NCBI GenBank assembly: GCA_019310535.1
Contig: JAFDED010000013.1
Coordinates: 3,346-67,345 of the forward strand
Reading direction: 5' to 3'
Source: Deltaproteobacteria bacterium
Lineage (GTDB): Bacteria > Desulfobacterota > JAFDED01
DNA: 64,000 nucleotides
The position numbers were made by a program, and so were the translations under genes. Under the pieces are notes generated by a model that saw nothing but the letters and a program-made list of their open reading frames with translations, was not told the DNA's origin and made no database searches. The stretch's first letter is position 1, and each line of letters begins with the position of its first letter. Positions 40,008 through 49,638 of this stretch are shown piece by piece.

Positions 40008-40769
40008 ATGAAAATACTTCTTACCAACGATGACGGGATTTACGCCAGCGGCTTGCGAATTTTGCGCTCAGAACTCCTGGAGCTTGGAGAGATAAGCATA
40101 GTGGCGCCGGCCACGGAACAAAGCGCCGTCGGCCACGCCATCACGCTTTACAACCCACTGCGCGTAGAGGAGGTCAGGCTGAATGGCGAGTTTTATGGCT
40201 GCGCGGTCAATGGAACCCCCGCGGACTGTGTCAAAATAGCAACCAGCGAGCTGTTGGATGGACCCCCGGACCTGGTGGTCTCCGGTATCAACCGAGGGGC
40301 TAACGTGGGCATCAACGTGCTCTATTCCGGAACTGTCTCCGCCGCGACAGAGGCGGCTATTATGGGCATTCCGGGTATTGCCGTTTCGGTGGGCGATTAC
40401 ACAAACCCTCGATATGATGCGGCCGCCCGATTCACTCTGCGCCTGGCCCGGGTGGTCATAAAGGAAGGGCTTCCAGGAGGAACGGCCTTGAACGTCAATG
40501 TGCCGAACTTGCCCGAAGATGAGATACGCGGAGTCATGTTCACCAGACAGAGCGACGCCAGGTTCGTGGAGCGCTTTGAGCGACGGGAGGACCCCAGGAA
40601 GCAGTTGTATTACTGGCAGGCAATCGAGACCGCTTCGTCTGAACGGGATGCAGAAGACGACGATGACATCAAGGCCCTGACCGAAGGTTTCATTTCTGTC
40701 ACACCGCTGCATCACGATATGACGAATCGCAGGGCCCTGGAACTTATACGCTCCTGGAAGCTTTACTAA
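40008..40769 (+). CDS. surE: 5'/3'-nucleotidase SurE
   Basis: MKILLTNDDGI ... SGINRGAN.G....YSGTV.AA.E signature. Confidence 0.95.
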   Translation: MKILLTNDDGIYASGLRILRSELLELGEISIVAPATEQSAVGHAITLYNPLRVEEVRLNGEFYGCAVNGTPADCVKIATSELLDGPPDLVVSGINRGANVGINVLYSGTVSAATEAAIMGIPGIAVSVGDYTNPRYDAAARFTLRLARVVIKEGLPGGTALNVNVPNLPEDEIRGVMFTRQSDARFVERFERREDPRKQLYYWQAIETASSERDAEDDDDIKALTEGFISVTPLHHDMTNRRALELIRSWKLY

Positions 40770-40775
40770 GGATGT

Positions 40776-41552
40776 ATGGATGTAATGGATCTGCGACTCT
40801 TGTTCCGACGAGTACTGCAATGTAATGATGACGAATCCCGGGAGAGGGAATCCGATGCTGACTTCTCAAGGGAATTGGAAAGGCTCCAGGATCAAATAAG
40901 CTACCATTTCCGCGATCGCACCTTGCTTATTCGGGCGTTGACCCATCGTTCCTTTGCCAACGAGCAAGGAAATTGCGACTACGAGCGACTGGAATTCCTG
41001 GGCGACTCAGTGCTTGATCTATCTCTGGGCATGGAGCTTATGAGGCGGTTCCCTTTCTCGCTGGAAGGGGAACTGACGCAAATGCGCTCGGCCCTTGTGA
41101 GTGAAAACATGCTGGCCCGTATGGCCGGCTCCATCGATCTCGGCGCTTGCCTGCTCCTGGGGCGGGGGGAAGACCGGACGGGAGGAAGGGAAAAAATCTC
41201 TATTCTGGCCGACGCGTACGAGGCCCTCATGGGCGCGGTATTTTTGGACGGTGGCTTCGAAAAGGCTGCTCAAACAATTCTCAACCTCTTTCGCCGGCCC
41301 CTGGAGGAAGTGGGGAGGGATGATTTTCACCGCGATTTTAAAAGCGAGGTGCAGCAGTGGGCACAGGAGCAGTTTCATGAGACTCCGCAGTATATTGTTA
41401 CGGATCAGTGGGGGCCCGCCCACCAGAGAGCCTTCCGGGTGGAATTGCGTCTTATGGGCAGAGTGCTGGGTGCGGGCACGGGCTCCAGCAAGAAAGAAGC
41501 AGAACAAGAGGCAGCCCGTCAGGCTCTGATGAAAAATGAAATAAAATCATGA
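40776..41552 (+). CDS. rnc: ribonuclease III
   Basis: RNase III signature ERLEFLGDSVL plus a C-terminal dsRBD (GSSKKEAEQEAA). Confidence 0.95.
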   Translation: MDVMDLRLLFRRVLQCNDDESRERESDADFSRELERLQDQISYHFRDRTLLIRALTHRSFANEQGNCDYERLEFLGDSVLDLSLGMELMRRFPFSLEGELTQMRSALVSENMLARMAGSIDLGACLLLGRGEDRTGGREKISILADAYEALMGAVFLDGGFEKAAQTILNLFRRPLEEVGRDDFHRDFKSEVQQWAQEQFHETPQYIVTDQWGPAHQRAFRVELRLMGRVLGAGTGSSKKEAEQEAARQALMKNEIKS

Positions 41553-41663
41553 ATATAGGGCTGCTTAAAGATATTACCACACTTTATCGGAGTCGTTTGC
41601 CGGTTAGTGCTAACCTGAGCGTCAGTCTCATTCATTGGTCTTACGCCGACCTTTGGTGATGCG

Positions 41664-42806
41664 ATGTTGCACGAACGTGTAAACTCCGCCGCAGCCGTGT
41701 CTTCGAACCGTCCCCTGATAGTGCCAGTGTACATCCCTCACCGGGGATGTCCTCATCGGTGTATTTTTTGTGACCAGCACCGACTCACAGGTCATAATAA
41801 GGCCGCCAAGCCGGAGGATGTTGCCCGATGGGTGGCATGGTACCGGACAGCGGCGAGGGTTGATAGACGATCAACCGTAGAAATCGCTTTTTACGGCGGT
41901 AGCTTCACCGCCCTGCCTCAAGATGTGCAGCAGGATTACCTGGATGCCGCCTCCAACCAGGTGCGTCAGGGGATGGCCCACAGCATCCGCATTTCCACAC
42001 GGCCCGATGCCATCGACGGCTGGACAATAACGCGATTGAAGGATGCCGGTGTCGCAGTAGTCGAGCTGGGGGTCCAGTCCATGGATGACGGCGTCTTGCG
42101 GGCAGCCCGCCGGGGACACACGGCTGAAGACGTGCGGCGGGCCATAACGATGCTGAAGGAAGCCGGATTCCGGGTGGGCATCCAGTTGATGCCGGGCCTT
42201 CCCGGCGACACGCTGAATACAGGCATTCGGGGAGTTCAAGAGCTCATTCGCCTTGGCCCCCATATGGCACGCCTGTATCCCGTCCTGGTAATCACCGGGA
42301 CGGAACTGGAGAGACTGTGGCGGGAAGGCCGGTATCGAGCTCTGCAGGTGAGCGAGGCGGTCCATTGGTGTGCCTGCCTTCTTTTGTTATTGGAGACGGG
42401 GGGAGTTCCCGTCATTCGGGCGGGAATCCATGTTTCTCCTGAAATGGTGCAGGAAAACTCGGTGGCGGCGGGACCGCTGGACCCGGCACTCCGGCACCGG
42501 GTGGAATCTTTCATTTATTTTTCCCTTGCGCATTTTTTACTGGAGCCAAGAGCTTCTTCGGCACCTGAGATGAATATAAGGGTGCCCCCGGCAGATGTTT
42601 CACACATGAAGGGCTTTCGGAGCGAAAACATCAGGGAACTGGAGCGCCGCTTGAGCGTGCGCGTCAGGGTGAGTCCCGATGCTTCGCTTCCTCCGCGATC
42701 CATGGCTCTGGAAGGGGAAGATCCAATTATTCGGGACAAGAATCATTTGTCCCTTCTTCTCCATATGAACCATCATGCCCTATTACGCAAATTTGCATCA
42801 GTTTAA
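41664..42806 (+). CDS. radical SAM protein (ELP3-like core without an acetyltransferase domain)
   Basis: CX3CX2C cluster motif (GCPHRCIFCDQ) near the N-terminus, followed by a TIM-barrel-like core. Confidence 0.8.
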   Translation: MLHERVNSAAAVSSNRPLIVPVYIPHRGCPHRCIFCDQHRLTGHNKAAKPEDVARWVAWYRTAARVDRRSTVEIAFYGGSFTALPQDVQQDYLDAASNQVRQGMAHSIRISTRPDAIDGWTITRLKDAGVAVVELGVQSMDDGVLRAARRGHTAEDVRRAITMLKEAGFRVGIQLMPGLPGDTLNTGIRGVQELIRLGPHMARLYPVLVITGTELERLWREGRYRALQVSEAVHWCACLLLLLETGGVPVIRAGIHVSPEMVQENSVAAGPLDPALRHRVESFIYFSLAHFLLEPRASSAPEMNIRVPPADVSHMKGFRSENIRELERRLSVRVRVSPDASLPPRSMALEGEDPIIRDKNHLSLLLHMNHHALLRKFASV

Positions 42807-42809
42807 ATC

Positions 42810-43748
42810 ATGGTTTCCGAAAATGTACTGAAACGTTCCCCGGCAGGCTCCTTCCCTGCTGAAGATTTTCGCTCAGGTTTCGTGAGCATTGTGGGCCGGC
42901 CCAATGTGGGTAAATCCACACTTCTGAACCGGCTGGTAGGAGTGAAGATCGTCATCACCAGCGCCAGGCCCCAGACCACCCGCAACACCATCCGCGGCAT
43001 TGCCAACTGGCCCGATGCGCAGGTCGTGTTCCTTGATACACCGGGCATCCACGAGGCCACTACCGGGTTGAACCGGCGGATGGTCAAAAGAGCGCTGGAG
43101 GCCCTTGAGGACGTGGATTGTATCCTTCACATGATCGAGCCGGCTTTGCCCATCCACCCCGAAGACCGCTCCATAATGGACAGGCTGGCCAGGGTAGGAA
43201 CGCCCGCCTTTTTGCTGATCAACAAGATTGACCGCGTGAAAAAGGATACGCTCTTGCCCTTGATGGAAAAGGCCGGCCGGCTTCACCCGTTCTATGAAAT
43301 CATTCCCCTATCCGCCCTCAATGGCGACGGTGTTGACCGATTGACGGAGCGGATATTGTCGGTACTCCGCCCCGGGCCGCGCTACTTTCCGGAGGATATC
43401 CTGACGGACAGGACGGAGCGGTTCCTGGTGGCCGAGTTCATACGCGAGAAAATTTTTCGAATGACCGGGGAGGAGATCCCTTACTGCTCGGCGGTAACTG
43501 TGGAGAAGTTCGAGGAGAATGCCGATAAGAAGCTTATCGTCATCTCCGCCACCATCCACGTTGAGAGGGAAAACCAGAAAGGCATCATCATTGGCCGGGG
43601 GGGACGGCGGCTGAAGGCTATCGGAAAGGCCGCCAGGGAGGACCTTGAATTGATCCTCGGGTCTCGAATTTTTCTTGAGCTTTTTGTGCGCGCGCAAAAA
43701 AACTGGCGCAGCATCCCCCGTCTCTGGGAAGAAATGGGAATTGAATGA
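42810..43748 (+). CDS. era: GTPase Era
   Basis: G1 GRPNVGKST, G3 DTPG, G4 NKID, and a C-terminal KH domain (IIGRGGRRLK). Confidence 0.95.
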   Translation: MVSENVLKRSPAGSFPAEDFRSGFVSIVGRPNVGKSTLLNRLVGVKIVITSARPQTTRNTIRGIANWPDAQVVFLDTPGIHEATTGLNRRMVKRALEALEDVDCILHMIEPALPIHPEDRSIMDRLARVGTPAFLLINKIDRVKKDTLLPLMEKAGRLHPFYEIIPLSALNGDGVDRLTERILSVLRPGPRYFPEDILTDRTERFLVAEFIREKIFRMTGEEIPYCSAVTVEKFEENADKKLIVISATIHVERENQKGIIIGRGGRRLKAIGKAAREDLELILGSRIFLELFVRAQKNWRSIPRLWEEMGIE

Positions 43749-43820
43749 GTATAAATATGCGGGGTACGGGGTAAAAAAACCCGCAATCCGTACACACGTA
43801 ACCCTCAAAGTTTTGTCTCC

Positions 43821-45158
43821 ATGAAAAAGATGAATCGAAAACCCGTCGTTGCCATCGTGGGGCGGCCCAATGTGGGGAAATCCACGCTGTTCAACCGCTT
43901 GATCGGAAGGCGGCGCGCCCTGGTGGACGACACGCCGGGTGTCACCCGAGACCGCCGATACGGCGAGGCGGAGTGGGGAGGCAGGCGCTTTGTGCTCATC
44001 GATACGGGAGGGTTCGAACCGCAGGCCCGTGGAGATGAGATAATGGCCGTGATCCGACGCCAGGTGCAGGTGGCCCTGGAGGAAGCCGATCTGGTGCTGT
44101 TCCTTCTGGATGGAAAAGATGGGCTGACGCCCATCGACCGTGAGCTATTCCAACTCCTGCGCCGGGAGGAAAAAGATTGTTTTTTCATTGCCAACAAGAT
44201 TGATGGGCCGAGTCGGGAAGGGGCGGCAATCGATTTCTTCGAACTGGGGGTGCCCAACATATATTCCATATCCGCCCAGCACGGGTACGGTATATCGGAT
44301 CTGCTGGACGATATGGCGGAGCACCTGCCGGAAGGCCCCGCGGATGAAGAGGAAGAAGAAGATGATTTCAGCACCGTCCGGGTGGCGGTGGTGGGACGGC
44401 CCAACGTGGGGAAATCTTCCTTGATCAACAAGCTCCTGGGGGAGGACAGGGTGGTGGTGAGCCCCACGCCCGGGACCACTACGGATCCGGTGGACACGAC
44501 CTTGAGGCGAGGGGACAAAAGCTACACGCTCATTGACACCGCGGGGATACGGCGGAAGGCCCGCGTGAGCCTTCGCGTCGAGGCGTACAGTATCGTGGAA
44601 GCCCTCCGCAGCATCGAGCGCTGCCACATATGCCTCATCCTGCTGGACGCCATGCAGGGTGTGACCGAGCAGGACACCCACATCGCGGGCTACACCCAGG
44701 AGCGCGCACGGGGCGCCATACTTCTGCTCAACAAATGGGACCTGGCCCCCAAGGAAGCCCGCTCTTTCGAACAGTACGTTAAAATACTTCGCCAGCGGCT
44801 ACCCTATCTCTCCTATGCTCCCATTGTCTCGGTTTCGGCCCTCACGGGCCAGCGCGTGGGCAAAATCTTCGGACTGATGGATCAGGTCATGGAGCATTAC
44901 ACGGCCCGGGTGGGCACAGGCCCCCTGAATCGGGCTCTGGCGGAATGGCTCAGGAAACATCCCCCCGGCCTCCACCGAGGCCGCCCCATCAAGCTTTATT
45001 ACATGTCCCAGGTGCGCGTGGCCCCGCCCACCTTCGTGGGGTCCACCAACGCCCCGGGTAACATTCATTTCTCCTACCGCCGATTCCTCATCAACAGGAT
45101 TCGCACAACCTTCGGCATCACTTTGAGTCCTATCCAGCTTGTGTTTAAGGAGCGGTAG
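43821..45158 (+). CDS. der: ribosome biogenesis GTPase Der (EngA)
   Basis: Two tandem GTPase domains (GRPNVGKST twice; NKID and NKWD) plus a KH-like C-terminus. Confidence 0.95.
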   Translation: MKKMNRKPVVAIVGRPNVGKSTLFNRLIGRRRALVDDTPGVTRDRRYGEAEWGGRRFVLIDTGGFEPQARGDEIMAVIRRQVQVALEEADLVLFLLDGKDGLTPIDRELFQLLRREEKDCFFIANKIDGPSREGAAIDFFELGVPNIYSISAQHGYGISDLLDDMAEHLPEGPADEEEEEDDFSTVRVAVVGRPNVGKSSLINKLLGEDRVVVSPTPGTTTDPVDTTLRRGDKSYTLIDTAGIRRKARVSLRVEAYSIVEALRSIERCHICLILLDAMQGVTEQDTHIAGYTQERARGAILLLNKWDLAPKEARSFEQYVKILRQRLPYLSYAPIVSVSALTGQRVGKIFGLMDQVMEHYTARVGTGPLNRALAEWLRKHPPGLHRGRPIKLYYMSQVRVAPPTFVGSTNAPGNIHFSYRRFLINRIRTTFGITLSPIQLVFKER

Positions 45159-45741
45159 ATGTTAGGAAAGTCTTGACACCAATGTTGCAGAAAAATCAGG
45201 ATTTCGAGAGCATGGAGAGCGCCAATTGATTTGTGCTGTTTGGGCGTAATAACTCAATCCTGACGGCGATCACATCGGCCGATAATCTGATGCTTTTTCT
45301 TTAATGCCGGGAAGACGAATCTTCTGGGTCGTCCCTCCTCTTAATATTTATAAATGTTAAATTGTAATCAGGCAGGCTCAAATTATCGAAATCAGAGCCA
45401 GCGGTTATAAAATCTCTTATTCTATGAGCGATTGCAAATGCCAAGTGAAGTATCCTGTTCCTCAGAGCAGCAAGGCCGTGCCCGGAGGCAACGCGGGTGA
45501 ATACGGCACCCAAGGGGAGGAGGGATGGGGCTGGGCACGTCCTTTTCGCGGATGGCGTCGGAAAGGGGCTCATTTATTTTTTGACAGCGTTGATTTGTTG
45601 CATGGACAATTATCTGTATGCGCTCCGTGAGAGGCTTCATGGCGCGTTGTCCCGGTACGCAGAAGCACAAGAGACGCTGCAGCGCTCTTTCGTCAGGAAG
45701 GCGAAATTCCCTGCAACAGTGCTTTATCATTACCACATATT

Positions 45742-47856
45742 TTACCGCTTCGGTATTTGCCGGACAGCCTCCTGGATCAGATCACGGGTGGCTTTGGCCA
45801 GCGCCTTTGCGTACTCGATATTATGCAATCCGTTGAATCCTCCCAGGAGCTTCATGTTTTGTTCGGCTCGGATCAGAAGATTCCGGGATTGAATGGTGTT
45901 GATCTTTTTGATGGAAGCCCTTTCAACAAGGGCGCTGGCGGTTTTTAACTCCTCCTCCATCCCTCCAAGGAAGCCGGCGGCCTCTTTCCTCCATTGCATG
46001 ACAAGCCGGCTGTAATTCTGCTCGGGGTGGCATTCATCGCAAGTGCCGGCAATCCCTTTCAGGGTGGTTGGTTCTCCCTCCACCACCTGGGTGTGGCAAT
46101 CGGTACAGTTCATCGTGTCCATCATAGCGCTTGGTATTTCCTTGACACCAATGCCGGATTTTCCGGCAAAGATATCGGCAACCTCCGTGTGGCAATCCTG
46201 ACAGCTCACCTCTCCCGCACCCTCACCGTGATGGCATGTGTTGCAATTCTTGAAGTAGGTTATGCCGTGGTCCTGCCCGCCGCCATGGCATTCCATGCAA
46301 GCCATGCCGCTGTCTTGAACGTGATCCGCGTGCGGGAATGCAGCCTGTCGCAGCTTCACCACTTTGGTCTCGGCGTCCGCATGACACAGGCTGGTGCAGT
46401 TTGCTTCCACCAATGTGATGTTCTCGGGCACGTAACCGGCAATAATAAGTGATTTGGCCTCCTCGGCCTTGCGGTTGGCAATGGTCAGAAGCCTCAGAGC
46501 ATAATCAATATTGTGGTGCCCCCGGCCGTTGAGCACAAAGGAGAAGTTGAATCGAGCCTCGCTGAGTAATCGTTGCGCGTATCGGTATCCCGCCCGGCTT
46601 TTTTCTTCCTGTTTAACGCCGTACAGGGCTTGTTGGGCGCTGTAAATCCTCTGGCTGGTGTCATTCTCCAACCTGGCCATCACCTCTTTCCAGCGCTGAA
46701 GCATCCTGTCGTAACCTGGCCCATGGCATCGAATGCATGCCTGGCCCATGTCCATCCTGAGTCCGTCTTCGCTGAACAGATCGGTCCCGGGATGAGTTTC
46801 CTGATGCATGTGGCACGAGGCGCAGTCCACGTTGGCCAGATACATTCGGCTGGGCTGGTCGTCAACATCAATACCACCGGTGCCCCTGTACATCTCGCGC
46901 GGCCCCATGTGCTGGCGCCTGGCATGACACACCAGGCAGCTCTGTTCGAAATTCACCAGCGTGGGGGCTTTTATCATCCGGTGCTGGATTTCCTGATGGC
47001 AACGGTAGCATTCTACCTTGCGCTCGGTAACATGGTTGCGGTGGAGAATATCCGATGTATATCTGGTTTCGAGCCGTTCAGGCTCGCTGTGGCACTCTAC
47101 GCACTTCTTCCAGTCAGCCTTGCCGTCCCCCTGAACGATGTCGACGTGGCAGACCTGGCACTGTATTCCGTATCCCACATAGCGGCCATGGTAGAATTTC
47201 CGGCCCTGAATGTAAATTTCCTCGGGCAAGTCCTTGTGGCACAGCGTGCATCTGGACAGGTACAATTCGTGGGGTGCCTCTGCTTTGTCTTCCTCAGGCT
47301 TGAAGTGGCAGATGAAGCAGTCACTCTCGCTCACGGTCAGGTGTTTGCCCTGGACGATCTGGCCGTGACAGGTGGTGCAGCGCAGCTTCTTGCCGCGGCG
47401 AAGTTGCTCCAGGTGATTTGAATGGCTGAAGCGCACGGACTTGAATATGCGGTCGTCCTTAAGCTTTTCCCTGGGATGGCATTGCAAGCAACTTTCATCG
47501 CTGATTTCCGCGTGGAATTTACCCGGTGTCTTGCCCGTAACAAAGTAAACAAGGGAAACCTGTCCATCAGTCCACTTGCCCCTGAGGTGGTTCAGGAAGC
47601 CGGGTTTATAATGGCATGCCACGCAGGTCACCATGTTATGACTGGACACTTTCCACGAATCCACGTAAGGCTTCATGTTATGGCACAGGCTGCAAAATGC
47701 CGGTGTTTCACTGATCTTGTATGCAAAAGCTCCCATAATGATAAAGAGGACAAAACAGATGCCCGAGAAGGCCCAGAAGCCTTTGCGATGTTTTTGATAG
47801 CCACTGCTGACGGCCTGAAGCGAAGCAGTAAGGAAATCCCGCATAGCTCTGTACAT
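45742..47856 (-). CDS. membrane-anchored multiheme c-type cytochrome with a NapC/NirT-like N-terminal module
   Basis: One N-terminal TM helix. 17 CxxCH motifs plus one CxxxCH (CTSLCH). The first ~190 aa are arranged like tetraheme NapC/NirT/NrfH quinol dehydrogenases. Confidence 0.9.
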   Translation of the reverse strand: MYRAMRDFLTASLQAVSSGYQKHRKGFWAFSGICFVLFIIMGAFAYKISETPAFCSLCHNMKPYVDSWKVSSHNMVTCVACHYKPGFLNHLRGKWTDGQVSLVYFVTGKTPGKFHAEISDESCLQCHPREKLKDDRIFKSVRFSHSNHLEQLRRGKKLRCTTCHGQIVQGKHLTVSESDCFICHFKPEEDKAEAPHELYLSRCTLCHKDLPEEIYIQGRKFYHGRYVGYGIQCQVCHVDIVQGDGKADWKKCVECHSEPERLETRYTSDILHRNHVTERKVECYRCHQEIQHRMIKAPTLVNFEQSCLVCHARRQHMGPREMYRGTGGIDVDDQPSRMYLANVDCASCHMHQETHPGTDLFSEDGLRMDMGQACIRCHGPGYDRMLQRWKEVMARLENDTSQRIYSAQQALYGVKQEEKSRAGYRYAQRLLSEARFNFSFVLNGRGHHNIDYALRLLTIANRKAEEAKSLIIAGYVPENITLVEANCTSLCHADAETKVVKLRQAAFPHADHVQDSGMACMECHGGGQDHGITYFKNCNTCHHGEGAGEVSCQDCHTEVADIFAGKSGIGVKEIPSAMMDTMNCTDCHTQVVEGEPTTLKGIAGTCDECHPEQNYSRLVMQWRKEAAGFLGGMEEELKTASALVERASIKKINTIQSRNLLIRAEQNMKLLGGFNGLHNIEYAKALAKATRDLIQEAVRQIPKR

Positions 47857-48148
47857 TTTCTTGACTCCTTTACATGGAATTCCTTGATAAGGGTAGATTG
47901 GGACTCCTCAAAAGTCAAGTCCGGCCCAGGCCGTGCAGTGCGCAACACAACTCACGGCAAATATGCGGGAACGTATTCCTGGTCAACCATCAGGCCGGGA
48001 GGATTGGAGGTTGACAAGAAGCTGAAGCGACAAGAAGAGAAGGGACAGGAGAATTCCTGCCCCTTAGATTTTCATTCCATCATTCCATGCCGATTTTTTC
48101 GGGAGTGACGGCGTCATGGCTAAGAAGGCGGCCAGAGCATGTTATCCG

Positions 48149-49243
48149 CTATTTCTTGTGAAATCCTTTGGCATACTTGGCCGCCCAGTTCGCGCTTCGG
48201 CTTTTGTGGCAGTGCAAGCATGCCACCTCCAGTGTCACGTAGCCGGTGCCCCACTCCTTACCCTTTGCATCCTTGTACGTCAGCTTTGCCTTGGGGTCCA
48301 CGGAGATGGCGAACACGTGGGTTCGTATATCGCCGGAGTAATCATCATATTTGGTGGCGCTTTTTGTGCCCAGCGGCATGTGGCAGTCAATGCATACCAC
48401 GGTCTGATGGGGCATGGGGGTTTTCTCCAGGGATTCAGCCTCCTCGGCGTGGCAGGAGGCGCAGTCAACGACAATGTGCCGGGCAGATTGATGGGGGTTA
48501 TGACACTCGATGCACTCCATCTTGGCCTTCTCTTTGTTGCGCGAACCCTTGAGCTCGTTGTACTGCTCGTGGTGTCTGATCAGGCCCTTGGAGGCCATAA
48601 TCTTGCCATTCAGTCCACCCCGATTGTGGCATTTGCCGCACAATTCAGCGCTTTTATCGACCTTGACCCCTTCCTTTGTCTCCTTGCCCTTGATGTTCAG
48701 CGCCACATGCTCGGCCGCCGGGCCGTGGCATTCCTCGCACTGAATCCCGGGAAATACCCACGTCCCTATCAGCCCGGGCCTGCCTTCCTGAAAGCCTTCT
48801 TTAGAGTATCCCGTGGTGTGGCAGCGGCCGCAATTATACGGCTTTTTCTCTCCAGGGTGATAGTTGCTCCAGGTCCCGTCCTCGAAGTTGAACTGTGTCG
48901 GCGCTTTCTCGCCTTTTTTGTTGGTGGTGATAATGAATCCATCCTGATCGATAAAGCGGATCTTTTTATGGGTGCCCCCAATGGTGTAACTGATGTCCGA
49001 CCAGGCCCAGCCAGGGGGAAGCGGCGCCTGCCATTCCGGCTCTCTGCCGTCGATTTTGCGCAGCTTGAAGGGGTGCCCGGAGGAGTGCCACTGGTTGTAT
49101 TCTTTCTGATGGCACGAGATACAGGACTGGGAACCGGCGTAATCCGGGGCGCCGACAGCCTCCGCACTCAAGGGAAACCCCGCAGATAACAATAATCCGC
49201 ACAATAACAATACATTAAGGACAAACAGCCGAGATGTATTCAT
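48149..49243 (-). CDS. periplasmic octaheme c-type cytochrome
   Basis: Signal peptide (LSAEA/VG) and 8 CxxCH motifs (CISCH, CGRCH, CEECH, CGKCH, CIECH, CASCH, CIDCH, CLHCH). Confidence 0.9.
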   Translation of the reverse strand: MNTSRLFVLNVLLLCGLLLSAGFPLSAEAVGAPDYAGSQSCISCHQKEYNQWHSSGHPFKLRKIDGREPEWQAPLPPGWAWSDISYTIGGTHKKIRFIDQDGFIITTNKKGEKAPTQFNFEDGTWSNYHPGEKKPYNCGRCHTTGYSKEGFQEGRPGLIGTWVFPGIQCEECHGPAAEHVALNIKGKETKEGVKVDKSAELCGKCHNRGGLNGKIMASKGLIRHHEQYNELKGSRNKEKAKMECIECHNPHQSARHIVVDCASCHAEEAESLEKTPMPHQTVVCIDCHMPLGTKSATKYDDYSGDIRTHVFAISVDPKAKLTYKDAKGKEWGTGYVTLEVACLHCHKSRSANWAAKYAKGFHKK

Positions 49244-49638
49244 GAAAACCCCCTTTCCTGATTCTTGTTGTCAACAATAGTATCAAAAAATAAATTTATG
49301 TAACCATAAATTTCCTACATAGTGGATCATTTAAATCAAGAAATCAATCTTTTTTTATATTTTTTTCGGGGAAGGAGAAAATTAGTTAGTTGAGGGGCTT
49401 ACCTGCGTGAAGCAAATGGCTGTGTCGATCCGACGGGAAGGTTTATTTGGATAAACGAATGGCTTGAAGCACAATATGATCTTGTGGACACGAGCTTCAG
49501 GCTTTTGACGCCCTACCGGGCGCGTCCGCCTCTCGCTGGTGAAAGAACACGGATTTTGAAAGAGCAAGTGATATATGCCAGGTATCCGGCCGGAAGGTGT
49601 GGTTCTTGAGAGAAAACGAAGAAGAAGAAGAAAAGGAA

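Noticed and set aside
45164-45172. AGGAAAGTC, resembling the conserved GAGGAAAGUCC of RNase P RNA.
   Set aside because: None of the other conserved RNase P regions follows within 400 nt, and the surrounding sequence is not GC-paired as expected.
48116-49189. 357-aa plus-strand ORF covering the whole octaheme cytochrome gene. Similar long antisense ORFs occur at 46573-47421, 55813-57132 (antisense to gdh, 439 aa), 51905-53098 (antisense to dnaK, 397 aa), 28199-28876, 40068-40820, 1960-2751 and 17502-18062.
   Set aside because: Each lies exactly opposite a gene with unmistakable family motifs. Their translations are low-complexity (Arg/Gly/Ala/His- or Ser-rich) with no recognisable domains. 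Long stop-free antisense frames are expected in GC-rich genes with strong codon periodicity.
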